In this document: positions 1 through 10,485 of the stretch, in pieces | Layout of the letters: each line of letters starts with the position of its first letter | Position numbering within the stretch: the first letter of the stretch is position 1 | Origin: a bacterium | GTDB taxonomy: Bacteria > Cyanobacteriota > Vampirovibrionia > Gastranaerophilales > CAZEDP01 | Assembly (NCBI GenBank): GCA_043797105.1 | Contig: JAZDPZ010000068.1 | Location: 1 to 59,389, forward strand | Reading direction: 5' to 3' | Length of the DNA: 59,389 nt | Notes under the pieces: generated by a model | The model's input: the letters and a program-made list of their open reading frames with translations, nothing else | Databases searched by the model: none | What the model was told of the DNA's origin: nothing | Translations under genes and position numbers: made by a program

Positions 1-1
1 A

Positions 2-141
2 GACTTTAAACAAGCTGTTTTTGATTTTTTAGACAATCTAAAGAATTGTAAAGACGAGTTAAAACAATTTATCGGAAGCAAACTTCATTTATTGGAGCCT
101 GTTTTCACCTAAAACCACAAATTTAATTTGAGATTAGTATA
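2..141 (+). mobile_element. 3' end of probable IS630-family transposase (ORF tail 2..112) plus right end ending in TA
   Basis: Frame 2 reads DFKQAVFDFLDNLKNCKDELKQFIGSKLHLLEPVFT*, resembling IS630 C-termini; followed by ...TTTAATTTGAGATTAGTATA. Truncated by the window edge. Confidence 0.5.
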
Positions 142-181
142 ACGGCAGGTAATGATAAATTTTTTGTGTTAATTTATTAGT

Positions 182-829
182 ATGTTTACAGGTATTATTG
201 AAGAAATCGGCATAATTAAATTTATTGAAAGAAAAAGACATGGCGCGGTTATTTCAGTTAATTGCGCTAAAGTCCTCAATGATTTGAATATTGGCGACAG
301 CATTGCAATTGACGGAGCATGTCAAACTGTGTCCGAATTTGGGAATAATTATTTTAGTATTGAAGCATCACAGGAAACTCTTAATTTAACTACTTTAAAA
401 AATTTTCAACCCGGATTCAAAGTTAATTTAGAAAGAGCAATGCCTGTAAATGGCAGATTTGGCGGACATATAGTTACAGGGCATGTTGATGGGGTCGGAA
501 CTTTCGAAAAAAAAATAAATCAGGGTTTAGCAGACTTATATTATTTTTCAGCTCCGGAAAATATCGCTAAATATATGGTTTATAAAGGCTCTGTCTGTAT
601 TAACGGCATTAGCTTAACTGTTGCTTCTTTGAAAAAAAATATTTTCAGTGTTTCAGTTATTCCAATGACCGCAAAATCAACAAATTTAACTTATTTAAAA
701 GCAGGGGACAACGTAAATCTCGAATCAGATATACTTGCAAAATATATTGAAAAGTTTGTATCTAAAGATAATAATGTTACTGGTAGTATTGATATTGGAT
801 ATTTGGAGAAACATGGATTTATACAGTAA
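182..829 (+). CDS. ribE: riboflavin synthase (alpha)
   Basis: MFTGIIEE N-terminus, GGHIVTGHVDG, duplicated lumazine-binding domains. Confidence 0.97.
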   Translation: MFTGIIEEIGIIKFIERKRHGAVISVNCAKVLNDLNIGDSIAIDGACQTVSEFGNNYFSIEASQETLNLTTLKNFQPGFKVNLERAMPVNGRFGGHIVTGHVDGVGTFEKKINQGLADLYYFSAPENIAKYMVYKGSVCINGISLTVASLKKNIFSVSVIPMTAKSTNLTYLKAGDNVNLESDILAKYIEKFVSKDNNVTGSIDIGYLEKHGFIQ

Positions 830-2054
830 AACAGAAAATATTGAACCTGTTTTTGATTCACCTGACGAAGCTATTCAGGATATTAAAGACGGAAAAATGG
901 TCATTGTGGCTGATGATGAAAATAGGGAAAATGAAGGTGATCTTATTTGCGCGGCAGAAAAGATTACTCCTGATATTATAAACTTTATGGCAAAGGAAGG
1001 CAGAGGATTAATATGCCTTACTCTGACAAAAGAAAGAACAAAAGAACTTGAATTAACCCAGATGGTAAGCAATAATACCGAATCACACAATACAGCTTTT
1101 ACTGTAAGCGTTGATGCTTCAAATATTTTTGGAACTACAACCGGCATTTCAGCTCAGGACAGAGCTACTACTATCAAAGTTGCCATTGATCACTGCACAA
1201 GACCTTCGGATTTAAGGAGACCCGGTCATATATTTCCTCTTGAAGCCAAAGAAGGAGGAGTGCTGGAAAGAGTCGGGCAAACTGAAGCAAGTGTTGATCT
1301 TGCAAAGTTAGCCGGATTATATCCTGCCGGTGTTATTTGTGAAATTTTAAATCCTGACGGCACTATGGCAAGAAGAAATGACCTTGTAAAATTTGCTAAA
1401 GAGCATAATTTAAAATTTATTACAGTTGCCCAGCTTATAAAATACAGACTAAAAAAAGACAGAATAGTAAAAAGAATAACAAAAGCCAAACTGCCAACAG
1501 CTTTTGGTGAATTTGACATATACGGATACCTTAATGAACTTGATAAAATAGAACACGTTGCTCTTGTTAAAGGAGAGTTATCGGATTTTAGCGCAAATAT
1601 TCCTATTGTCAGGATGCACAGCGAATGTTTGACAGGCGATATTTTTAACAGTTTAAGGTGTGATTGCGGAAGTCAGCTCAAATCAGCCCTTAAGCTAATT
1701 AGTCAGGAAGGATTCGGTGTTTTTGTATATTTAAGATCACACGAAGGAAGAGGCATAGGTTTATTAAATAAAATAAAAGCTTATGCTCTACAGGAACAAG
1801 GGCAGGATACTGTTCAGGCAAATTTGTCTTTGGGCTTTGCTCCTGATTTAAGGGATTATGGAGTTGGAGCGCAAATTTTGCTCGATCTTGGAGTGAAAAA
1901 ATTTAAACTTATTACAAATAATCCAAGAAAAATTATCGGTCTTGAAGGATATGATCTTGAAATTGCGGACAGGATTGCTTTACCTGTATGCAAAAACGAA
2001 TATAACGAAAAATATTTAAATACAAAACGGGATAAATTAAATCATTTATTATAA
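813..2054 (+). CDS. ribBA: bifunctional DHBP synthase / GTP cyclohydrolase II
   Basis: DDENRENEGD, RPGHIFPL, RMHSECLTGD..CDC, HEGRGIGL; start moved to ATG 813 behind a GGAG RBS. Confidence 0.97.
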   Translation: MDLYSKTENIEPVFDSPDEAIQDIKDGKMVIVADDENRENEGDLICAAEKITPDIINFMAKEGRGLICLTLTKERTKELELTQMVSNNTESHNTAFTVSVDASNIFGTTTGISAQDRATTIKVAIDHCTRPSDLRRPGHIFPLEAKEGGVLERVGQTEASVDLAKLAGLYPAGVICEILNPDGTMARRNDLVKFAKEHNLKFITVAQLIKYRLKKDRIVKRITKAKLPTAFGEFDIYGYLNELDKIEHVALVKGELSDFSANIPIVRMHSECLTGDIFNSLRCDCGSQLKSALKLISQEGFGVFVYLRSHEGRGIGLLNKIKAYALQEQGQDTVQANLSLGFAPDLRDYGVGAQILLDLGVKKFKLITNNPRKIIGLEGYDLEIADRIALPVCKNEYNEKYLNTKRDKLNHLL

Positions 2055-2075
2055 AAATTATATACTTAACTAAAG

Positions 2076-2588
2076 ATGGAGAAAAATATGGTTAATGTTT
2101 ATGAAGGCAAGCTAACAGCAGGAAAAGAAAAATACGGCATAGTAATCGGCAGATTTAACGAGTTTATTGGCTCAAAATTATTAAGCGGCTGTATTGACAT
2201 GCTTTTAAGGCATGGGGTATCTGATGATTCTATAGATGTTGTCTGGGTTCCTGGGGCTTTTGAAATACCCCTTATCGCCAATAAATTGATGGAATCCGGT
2301 AAATATGCAGCAATAATATGTCTTGGGGTAATAATCAAAGGCGATACTCCGCATTTTCAATATGTTGCATCAGAATTAGCCAAAGGTATTGCTCATGTCA
2401 GCTTACATAGTAAAAAACCTGTTATATTTGGGGTTTTGACTACGGATAATATAGAACAGGCAATAGAAAGATCAGGCACAAAATCAGGAAATAAAGGCGC
2501 AGATGCTGCAAAAAGCGCTATTGAAATGGTAAATCTCCTTAATTCAATTGAAATTGATGATAAAAAGCAGCAAAATCATAAATTATAA
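2076..2588 (+). CDS. ribH: 6,7-dimethyl-8-ribityllumazine synthase
   Basis: [34 protein letters not shown]. Confidence 0.97.
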   Translation: MEKNMVNVYEGKLTAGKEKYGIVIGRFNEFIGSKLLSGCIDMLLRHGVSDDSIDVVWVPGAFEIPLIANKLMESGKYAAIICLGVIIKGDTPHFQYVASELAKGIAHVSLHSKKPVIFGVLTTDNIEQAIERSGTKSGNKGADAAKSAIEMVNLLNSIEIDDKKQQNHKL

Positions 2589-2684
2589 TCAGAAACTAAT
2601 TTTTTTGAAGGATAATAAAAAATTGCATTACTGGTAATCTATAATGAAAAAATTACCATTAATTTATAATTTTTTAAGAAAAAT

Positions 2685-2711
2685 TCAAGTTTTTTAAATT
2701 TTAACCGATAA
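2685..2711 (+). promoter_or_regulatory. putative sigma-28 (FliA/SigD-type) promoter of the tad operon
   Basis: TCAAGTTT-N11-ACCGATAA versus consensus TAAAGTTT-N11-GCCGATAA, 36 nt before the cpaB start. Confidence 0.6.
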
Positions 2712-2747
2712 ATATATTAGAGGGTTATGAAAAAGGTAAAGGAATAA

Positions 2748-3644
2748 ATGCTTTCCAAGAAAAGTAAAAAAAAATTACTAATTGCAATGATTATTGGCGC
2801 AGTTTTTGCTTTTGCAATATATGATAATTTAAAAAAAACAAAGATTCCGGAGCCAAATTTTAATATCCCGAATAATGCTAATCTCTTGGCGCAAAAACTT
2901 CCTGTTCAAGCTCCTCCTAAACTTGTAAAAGTTGTAGCGGTAAAAAATGATCAAAAAGCCGGGACCAAATTAACTGCTGATATGATTGAAATCAAAGAAA
3001 TAGGACTTGAAAATGCTCCAAAAGATAGTTTTAGTGATATTAACGCTGTAATTGACAAGGTAGTTTCAAAAAATGTGCTTGCAAATGAAATTTTGATTGC
3101 ATCTATAGTTCAAAAATCTAAAAATCTTCCTATACCTGTTGATATGAGGTCTATAACTATTCCGATTGAATATATACAAGGTCTTTCATCTTATATTTCA
3201 GTAGAGTCAAAAGTAGATATTATTTCTGCTTCAAAAGAAGCTGATGCTATGCCTCCGTTAATTCTCCAAAATACAAAAATAATATCTTTAGAAAGTTCAC
3301 AAGGAAGTTTTACTGATAATTCCATTTCAATTGCTCAAGCTTCGGCAATTACATTTGAAATTCCTGCAAAATTTGCATCAAGACTGGTTAAAGCTATGAT
3401 AGACGGAAAATTGCAAATAATATGCAGGGGTTTAGGTGATAACAAAATTATTTCTGAAGGAGGTTCTTCTCCCGCTTCAAAAAAAATCACTATTCCTCCT
3501 CCTCCATTCGATATTGAGTCTTTAAAAAACAGGGGTTTTAATACTTTGCCTGAACCGGCAGCACCCTTTAATCCCACTCCTAAAAAAGTAGAAATTATAC
3601 AGTCAAATGTTAAGAGTGAGTTAACTTTTGATAATGATTTATAA
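2748..3644 (+). CDS. cpaB: Flp pilus assembly protein CpaB/RcpC
   Basis: N-terminal TM, SAF-like VVAVKND..AGTKLT, IP..MRSITI...VDII; first gene of the tad operon. Confidence 0.85.
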   Translation: MLSKKSKKKLLIAMIIGAVFAFAIYDNLKKTKIPEPNFNIPNNANLLAQKLPVQAPPKLVKVVAVKNDQKAGTKLTADMIEIKEIGLENAPKDSFSDINAVIDKVVSKNVLANEILIASIVQKSKNLPIPVDMRSITIPIEYIQGLSSYISVESKVDIISASKEADAMPPLILQNTKIISLESSQGSFTDNSISIAQASAITFEIPAKFASRLVKAMIDGKLQIICRGLGDNKIISEGGSSPASKKITIPPPPFDIESLKNRGFNTLPEPAAPFNPTPKKVEIIQSNVKSELTFDNDL

Positions 3645-3661
3645 GAGGTAATTTTAAGAAA

Positions 3662-5102
3662 TTGATAAAAAAATTAATAAAAAATAACATATCGAATTTT
3701 AGATTGCTTCGTTTCGCTCGCAATGACATTAGTATAATATTATTTTTAGCTGTCTTTCTGATTAATAGTGTGTGTTTTGCCGCTAATTTGCCTGATATTA
3801 GAGGTTTAAATATTGATCCTGTTTCTATTCAGCAGGATAATTATCAAAAATCTTTTCAAAAAAATTCAACCAAAAATCAAAAAAAAATCTTTCCAAAAAT
3901 CAGAATCTTATTCTGGAAGTTCAGCTACTTTAAGAGGAGGGATTTCCGAGCTGGTTGCATTTGTTGGAAAATCACAGCTGATTAGATTTGATGAACCTAT
4001 TAAAAGATTATCTATAACAAGCCCGGCTCTTGCTGATATAATACTGCTTTCACCGCAGGAAATGCTGTTAAATGGTAAATCAACTGGTGTAACAAGCTTG
4101 ATTATATGGGGTGAAACCGGAGATCCCGTATTTTTTGATCTTAATGTTAAAAATGATCCTGCCTTGGTTTTAAATGCTATTAAATCAATAACGCCTAATG
4201 AAAATTTAAATTTAAAATTTATGGGAAATTCTATTATTCTTTCAGGGAAAGTTTCTTCTATTTTAAAAACAAATAAAATAAAAAGTTTAGTGGAGGCTTA
4301 TGGCTTTAAACTGGTAGATTTAGCAGAAAGTTTAACTCCTCAGGTTGTTTTAGAGATTAAAGTAGCTGAAGCGAGCAGATCTTTTACAAAAGGATTTAGC
4401 GGAAACTATGGTTACAGTGATATGGCATCTTCATTTCCTGGAAATTTTAATATTCAGAATACTAATCCTCTTGAACCAGGATATGGAGGAACTTTTTCAG
4501 GTTCTTCCAGCGGTATACAATTTTTTGTTCACAGACCAAATGATAAACCTTATTTAAGTATTTCATCTGTTTATACAGCGGCTGAATCAAGAGGACTTAT
4601 TAAAACTCTTGCTGAACCTAAACTGGTTGCAGCGCATGGAAGCTCAGCCAGCTTTAATGCGGGCAAAGAACTTCCTGTTCCTTCAGGAACTACTGAAAAT
4701 GGATCAGTAACCTTTGAATATAAAAATGTCGGTGTTAATGTCGAGTTTAAACCAATTGTTCTTGAAGAAACCAATAGAATTTTGCTGGATATTAGCCCGG
4801 AAGTGAGTGAACCGGATTCAAGCACAGCTTTAGGACAAGTAGGCGGTATTTCAATATACGGATTTAAAACAAGAAAAGCTAAAACAACCGTTGAATTAAA
4901 TGATGGGCAAACTTTGGTTATAGCCGGACTGCTTCAGAGATCAGACGCTTCAAATAAAACACTAATACCAATAATGGGAGATATTCCGATTATTGGAAAA
5001 TTATTCAGCAGTAATAATTTTAATAAAGGAGAAACCGAGCTTGTGATTTTCGTAACTCCCAGAATTATCATGCCAAATAGCATCAAAGAAAATGGGGTTT
5101 AA
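3662..5102 (+). CDS. cpaC: Tad secretin CpaC/RcpA, split by a +1 frameshift in A9 (3879-3887)
   Basis: ORF 3662 supplies the signal peptide (..NSVCFA); ORF 3813 has LAEPKL..G..ASFNAGKELPVP, TTVEL.DGQTLVIAGL, ETELVIFVTP; removing one A joins them (QKKSFQKSE). Confidence 0.85.
3701..3728. repeat. REP-like palindromic element (AGATTGCTTCG..TCGCAATGACA) inside cpaC
   Basis: Same family as copies at 27757, 34315, 43008 and 46322. Confidence 0.75.
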
Positions 5103-5105
5103 TAT

Positions 5106-6317
5106 ATGGACTTAATACCGGCGATTATAATTGATACTGATGATGGAGCAAGATATACTTTAAAAACTAATGTTGAAGCTTCAAATATCATGAAGGTTAT
5201 TGGGGATTATAATAACCATGTAGCCGGATATAATGCTGTTATTCAGGAAAAACCCGCGGTAGTTTTTCTTGATGTGTCTGAAAATTTAAATCTTTCTATT
5301 GAGATAATAGAAAAAATTTGCTTACATCATAGATTCTGTATAATTTTTGTTTCTTCTTATGAAAGCAGCCCGGAAATTATAATAAAAGCCATGCGAGCAG
5401 GAGCAAGAGAATTTTTAACCAAGCCTATTGATTCTCATGTCTTGATGGCAGCTCTTAAAAAAGCTAAAACGCTTTTAACTGCCGATCCTACTTATAGTCA
5501 ATCCAGTAAAATATTTACGGTATTTAGCAACAAAGGCGGTATTGGCAAAACAACAATAGCTACTAACCTTGCTGTAAGCTTAGCTGACATTACCGGAAAA
5601 AAAGTGGCATTAGTTGATTTGAACCTACAGTTAGGCGATATAACAACTTTTTTGGATATAAGTCCTTCTTTTGATATTTCTTATGTTGTAACTCAGTTAA
5701 GCAGAGTTGATGAAGCTTTTTTACTAAGCACCCTTGAAAAATATAAAAATAAAGAATTATATATTCTTGCTGATCCTCCTTATTTGGAACAAGCGGAAGA
5801 AATAACTTCTGAACAGGTAGCAACGGTTTTAAGCATATTAAAATCAGTATTTTCTTATGTAGTAATTGATACAAGCAGTAATTTTGATAATCAAACTTTA
5901 TGCGCTCTTGACATGGCTGATAATATATTGCTTGTATCAATGATTAATCTGCCTTCAATAAGAAATTCTCAAAGATGCTTAGAATTATTTGAACGTCTTA
6001 ATTACACTAAAGATCAAACTAAATTAATTATAAATCGTTATGTGCCTGATAATGAGATAACTGTAGAAGATGTGGAAGATGCTCTTGGACACTCAATATA
6101 CTGGAAAATTCCAAATAATTATTTTACGGTTATATCTTCAATAAACAGAGGAATACCTCTTTCAATGCTTGAAGCTGATTCAAATATCAGCAAAAATTTT
6201 ATGGAACTGGCTGCTCTATTGAGTAATACAGTTTTAGCTACAGATAAAGCAAATGAAAAAAGTGAAAAATCTTTATTTAAATTTAATATATTTAAATTTT
6301 TTGGTAAAAACAAGTAA
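5106..6317 (+). CDS. cpaE: CpaE/TadZ: receiver domain plus MinD-like ATPase
   Basis: AMRAGAREFLTKP, KGGIGKTT, VDLNLQLGD. Confidence 0.92.
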   Translation: MDLIPAIIIDTDDGARYTLKTNVEASNIMKVIGDYNNHVAGYNAVIQEKPAVVFLDVSENLNLSIEIIEKICLHHRFCIIFVSSYESSPEIIIKAMRAGAREFLTKPIDSHVLMAALKKAKTLLTADPTYSQSSKIFTVFSNKGGIGKTTIATNLAVSLADITGKKVALVDLNLQLGDITTFLDISPSFDISYVVTQLSRVDEAFLLSTLEKYKNKELYILADPPYLEQAEEITSEQVATVLSILKSVFSYVVIDTSSNFDNQTLCALDMADNILLVSMINLPSIRNSQRCLELFERLNYTKDQTKLIINRYVPDNEITVEDVEDALGHSIYWKIPNNYFTVISSINRGIPLSMLEADSNISKNFMELAALLSNTVLATDKANEKSEKSLFKFNIFKFFGKNK

Positions 6318-6353
6318 CTCTTTTACAAACATTTAATTTAGGAGAATCGGACT

Positions 6354-7787
6354 ATGTCTCTTAAAGATCGTCTAAATAAAGAATCGGATGAATCTATATC
6401 TCAAAAAGAATCATTTAAAGCTTATATTTCTTCTACTGATTCAACTTCATCTGAACTCCAGTCATTAAAGGAGAAAATACATTCTAAGCTCATTGATAGA
6501 GTTAATTCGATTGTCACATGGGATAAATATACTGATGAAGAGCAAAAGCAGTTTATAAGACAGTTTATTGAAAAATGCCTGGCTTCTGATTTTGTATCAA
6601 TACCTTTAAGCAGAAATGAAAGGGAATTATTAATACGGGAGATTTTACAGGAAGTAAAAGGTTATGGACCACTTGATCCACTTTTGCTTGATATGACAGT
6701 ATCAGATATCCTTGTAAATGGCGCTAAACATGTCTATGTTGAAAAAGCGGGAAAATTACAGAAAACAAACATTACATTTAAAGATGATACTCATTTAATG
6801 AATATTATCGAGAGAATTGTTTCAAAAATTGGAAGAAGAATTGATGAAAAATCTCCAATGGTTGATGCCAGACTTCCCGACGGTTCAAGGGTAAATGCTA
6901 TTATTCCTCCTCTTGCTATTGATGGTCCATCTTTATCTATAAGAAGGTTTAAAATTAATATTGCAAATTTGGACAGTCTGCTTCAATGGGGATCTATGAC
7001 TACTGCTATGGCTGAAACTTTAAAAACAGCCGTTAAAGGCAGATTAAATATAGTGATATCAGGAGGAACCGGCGCCGGTAAAACAACTCTTTTAAACAGT
7101 CTTTCAACTCAAATTCCGGATGATGAACGTATTGTTACAATAGAAGATTCTGCTGAGCTTGCTCTTCAACAGGAACATGTCGTAAGGCTTGAAACCAGAC
7201 CTCCAAATATTGAAGGAGAAGGCGCCATAACTACAAGAGATTTGGTTATAAATTCCCTTAGAATGCGACCTGACCGTATTATAATTGGAGAATGCAGAGG
7301 AGCAGAAACTTTGGATATGCTACAAGCTATGAATACAGGACATGATGGTTCATTAACTACTCTCCATGCCAATACTCCCAGGGATGCAATAAGCAGACTT
7401 GAGACTATGGTTATGTTTTCAGGAGTTGAACTTCCTGAAAAAACTATCAGAACCCAACTAAGCTCTGCCATTAATATTATAGTGCAGGTAAGCAGGCTTA
7501 GTGACGGATCTCGCAGAATTACATATATAACAGAAATAGTCGGCATGGAAGGAAATATTATCACCATGCAGGATATATTCAAATGGGAACAATATGGTAT
7601 TGATGAAAACAACAGGGTAGTCGGCTGTCATATGGCTACGGGCGTTAGACCTAAATTTATAGAAAAATGTAAAGCTAAAGGTATGGATATATCAGGAGAT
7701 ATTTTTGATACAAAAACACCTCCGGTTTATCTATGCAATAATCCGCCAAATAAAAAAATGATGCATTTTAAAAGAGATGCGCGTTGA
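6354..7787 (+). CDS. cpaF: Tad ATPase CpaF/TadA
   Basis: VDARLPDGSRVNA, GGTGAGKTT, LRMRPDRIIIGECRG, AMNTGHDG. Confidence 0.97.
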   Translation: MSLKDRLNKESDESISQKESFKAYISSTDSTSSELQSLKEKIHSKLIDRVNSIVTWDKYTDEEQKQFIRQFIEKCLASDFVSIPLSRNERELLIREILQEVKGYGPLDPLLLDMTVSDILVNGAKHVYVEKAGKLQKTNITFKDDTHLMNIIERIVSKIGRRIDEKSPMVDARLPDGSRVNAIIPPLAIDGPSLSIRRFKINIANLDSLLQWGSMTTAMAETLKTAVKGRLNIVISGGTGAGKTTLLNSLSTQIPDDERIVTIEDSAELALQQEHVVRLETRPPNIEGEGAITTRDLVINSLRMRPDRIIIGECRGAETLDMLQAMNTGHDGSLTTLHANTPRDAISRLETMVMFSGVELPEKTIRTQLSSAINIIVQVSRLSDGSRRITYITEIVGMEGNIITMQDIFKWEQYGIDENNRVVGCHMATGVRPKFIEKCKAKGMDISGDIFDTKTPPVYLCNNPPNKKMMHFKRDAR

Positions 7788-7806
7788 GATAACATTGAGA
7801 TAACAA

Positions 7807-8796
7807 ATGAATTTTAATTTATTAATTATTATTATTATTGGAATAATAGCTGTTTGGTTTATCTTAGGTATGGAAGATGGCGAAAATGACTCAGCTGGCA
7901 TAGATAAACGACTTTCTGAGATCAAAAATAGAACTAAAGGCATTACTAATGCTGAACAAACAGCAAAAAAAAACATTGCGAGTATTCTTCTTGAAGATAC
8001 AGAATATAAAATCAGCTTGTTGGGAAATATACTCAAAAATATTAAAATTACTGATAAAATCAAAAAAATGTTGAAAATTGCAGGTATAAGAATTACTGTT
8101 GATATTTTTTTGTTAATATCAATAGGATGTGGCATTCCTTTTTTTCTGCCGGTATTTATTGTATCTCCGGCAAAAGCAGCTTTGTTTATTCCTATTGGAG
8201 TGATTTTTATATTCATTCCTTTTGTTATTGTTAAATCAAAAAATAAAAAAAGACTGCATATGTTTACCCAGCAATTTCCTGAAGCATTAGGATTAATGTG
8301 CAGTTCTTTAAGAGCAGGACATTCTTTAGTAGCTTCATTTCAAATGATTGTGCAGGAAATGCCTGATCCTATTTCACAAATTTTTAAAGTTGTAGTAGAT
8401 GATGTTGCGCTTGGCAGAGATACAAGAACAGCTCTTGAAAATATGGTGGAATATATGCCGGATAGTATGGATTTACGATTTTTCGTCACAGCAGTTCTTA
8501 TTCAGAGAGAAATAGGCGGTAATTTAACAGAAATTCTTGATAGTCTAAGTTTTACCATAAGAGAAAGATTTAGATTACTTGGACAAATTGCAACTCAAAC
8601 AGCCCAGGCAAAACTTTCAGGCATTGTTTTGGGACTTGCGCCTATTATTATCGCTTTAATATTGCTCGTTTTAAATCCAGCATACCTGGAAGCTTTATAT
8701 AAAACATTAATGGGAATAATAGCCTTGGGGGTTGCTATTGTTCTTGAACTCATAGGCTTCTTTGTAATTATGAAAATAACTCAAATTAGAGTATAA
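7807..8796 (+). CDS. tadB: Tad inner-membrane platform protein TadB
   Basis: QFPEAL..M.SSLRAG, IQREIGGNL.EIL. Confidence 0.93.
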   Translation: MNFNLLIIIIIGIIAVWFILGMEDGENDSAGIDKRLSEIKNRTKGITNAEQTAKKNIASILLEDTEYKISLLGNILKNIKITDKIKKMLKIAGIRITVDIFLLISIGCGIPFFLPVFIVSPAKAALFIPIGVIFIFIPFVIVKSKNKKRLHMFTQQFPEALGLMCSSLRAGHSLVASFQMIVQEMPDPISQIFKVVVDDVALGRDTRTALENMVEYMPDSMDLRFFVTAVLIQREIGGNLTEILDSLSFTIRERFRLLGQIATQTAQAKLSGIVLGLAPIIIALILLVLNPAYLEALYKTLMGIIALGVAIVLELIGFFVIMKITQIRV

Positions 8797-8827
8797 ATTA
8801 AAAAATTAAGTCAGGAGACTGAAAAAT

Positions 8828-9759
8828 ATGGAACTTATAATAATTATTATTTTCACTTTTTTAATAGGTTTTGTTATTTATGTATTTTCAGGCAGTCAAA
8901 GTCTTTTACAAAAAAGATTAAAAAAGTTTGACAAGTTTAAGCCAAAGTCTTATATGGAAAATCAGTTTAAAGAATCTGATATAAAAGATAAAATTATAGA
9001 ATTTGTAGAACCTATGGTTCGAAAAAATATAAAGCAGGTAAAACTGGATTCAGCAAGGCAATTATTATTACAGGCAGGTGAGCCTTATACAAACGAAGAT
9101 GTTTTCAGATTTATAACAAAAAAAATAATTTATGCTGGAATAGGACTTGGGGTTGCTTTGTTTTCGGCTGTTCTAGGAGATACAGACGCAAATATCAAGA
9201 TAATATTATGTATTCTTATTCCTGCGGTTTTTTATAAACTTTCTGATATGGTTTAAAACGAAAAATTAAAAAGAAAGCTGAAGAAATAACTTATAATTTA
9301 CCGGATGCTCTTGATTTGTTAACTATATGCGTAGAAGCAGGATTAGGTTTGGATGCTGCGCTTACAAGAGTAGCTCAAGAACAAAAAAGAACTTCCCCTA
9401 TTCTTGCAAAAGAATTTGGAAGAGTAAGTAAAGATATTCTTTCCGGAATATCAAGACAGGAAGCTTTTAGACATTTGGCAATGAGAAATAATGTGGCTGA
9501 TTTAAAATCACTGGTAGCTCTTTTAATACAGACTGATAAACTAGGCACAAGCGTTGCTCAATCTTTAAGAATATATTCTGATACTGTCAGAACACGAAGA
9601 AGACAAAGAATAGAAACTATTGCCGCTAAAGCCAGCGTCAAAATGGTTATTCCTCTTGTGCTTTTTATTCTTCCCGCTATGTTTATAATAATTTTAACAC
9701 CGGCAGCTCTAAGTCTAATCCAAAATTTCACAGGCGCTAATATGCTACAACAGCAATAA
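8828..9759 (+). CDS. tadC: TadC, split by an apparent 1-nt deletion near 9252-9258
   Basis: The second frame continues LKRKIKKKAEEITYNLPDALDLLTICVEAGLGLD..KMVIPLVLFILP; adding one T at GTTTAAAA fuses both ORFs. Confidence 0.85.
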
Positions 9760-9761
9760 CA

Positions 9762-10071
9762 CAAGTTTGAAACCCTGATTTTTTCGTCCGGACCTTCAAA
9801 AAACATAGCGTTACGTCTATAATAGCTAAAATTAAAAAACAGAAGAATAAAGACGGTTCAACAAGAGACTATCTATATATAGTTGAATCATATTGGAATA
9901 AAGAAAAGAAAGCTCCCCGCCAACGTTGTATATGCTCTCTTGGAAGAATTGATACCCTTAAAGAGAAAGGTATTATTGATAAACTTATTCAAAGTCTTCA
10001 AAAATATTCTGATAAATAGATAATACTATAAAAAATAAATGTGCTGCCAAAGACCTAAGGGGGTCAAGACT
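9762..10071 (+). mobile_element. internally deleted IS1634-like element with a transposase N-terminal fragment (9813..10019)
   Basis: Fragment reads KIKKQKNKDGSTRDYLYIVESYWNKEKKAPRQRCICSLGRIDTLKEKGIIDKLIQSLQKY*; imperfect inverted ends AAGTTTGAAACCC / GGGGGTCAAGACT. Confidence 0.65.
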
Positions 10072-10080
10072 ATTAAGAGC

Positions 10081-10485
10081 CTAAAAATATGGCTTAGCCA
10101 CAAAACAATGAGCTTCAATGTTTCCATTTTTATAAATAATTAAAACCCTTTTGGAATCTAAAATTTGAATATTAACTGTAGGAATAAAATTTTTTTGAGC
10201 CAGGTTTATAATTTGCGCTACAGGCAATTTGGCTATTATTTCTCTGCTTTTTAAAAGTATTATCAGATTATCCTTTTCTATTAACTCGGCTTCATAAATA
10301 CCAGGCTCAATTAAGTTATTATCTTTATCATAAATAGGAATATTAAGCCTTAAAAGAGGACTTTTTGAAGGTTCAGGCAAATTAAAATATTTATCGCATT
10401 CTTTTGCGCCTGACGGATATATTGTTGAAGGATCTGCCGGGTTAATATAATTTATAATTAAAATAGCGATTATATTTTCAATCAT
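10081..10485 (-). CDS. hypothetical protein
   Basis: 134-aa ORF overlapping the trpE stop (translationally coupled). Confidence 0.7.
   Translation of the reverse strand: MIENIIAILIINYINPADPSTIYPSGAKECDKYFNLPEPSKSPLLRLNIPIYDKDNNLIEPGIYEAELIEKDNLIILLKSREIIAKLPVAQIINLAQKNFIPTVNIQILDSKRVLIIYKNGNIEAHCFVAKPYF

Noticed and set aside
735-812. N-terminal extension of RibBA in the ORF track
   Set aside because: Overlaps ribE; a better ATG with RBS is at 813
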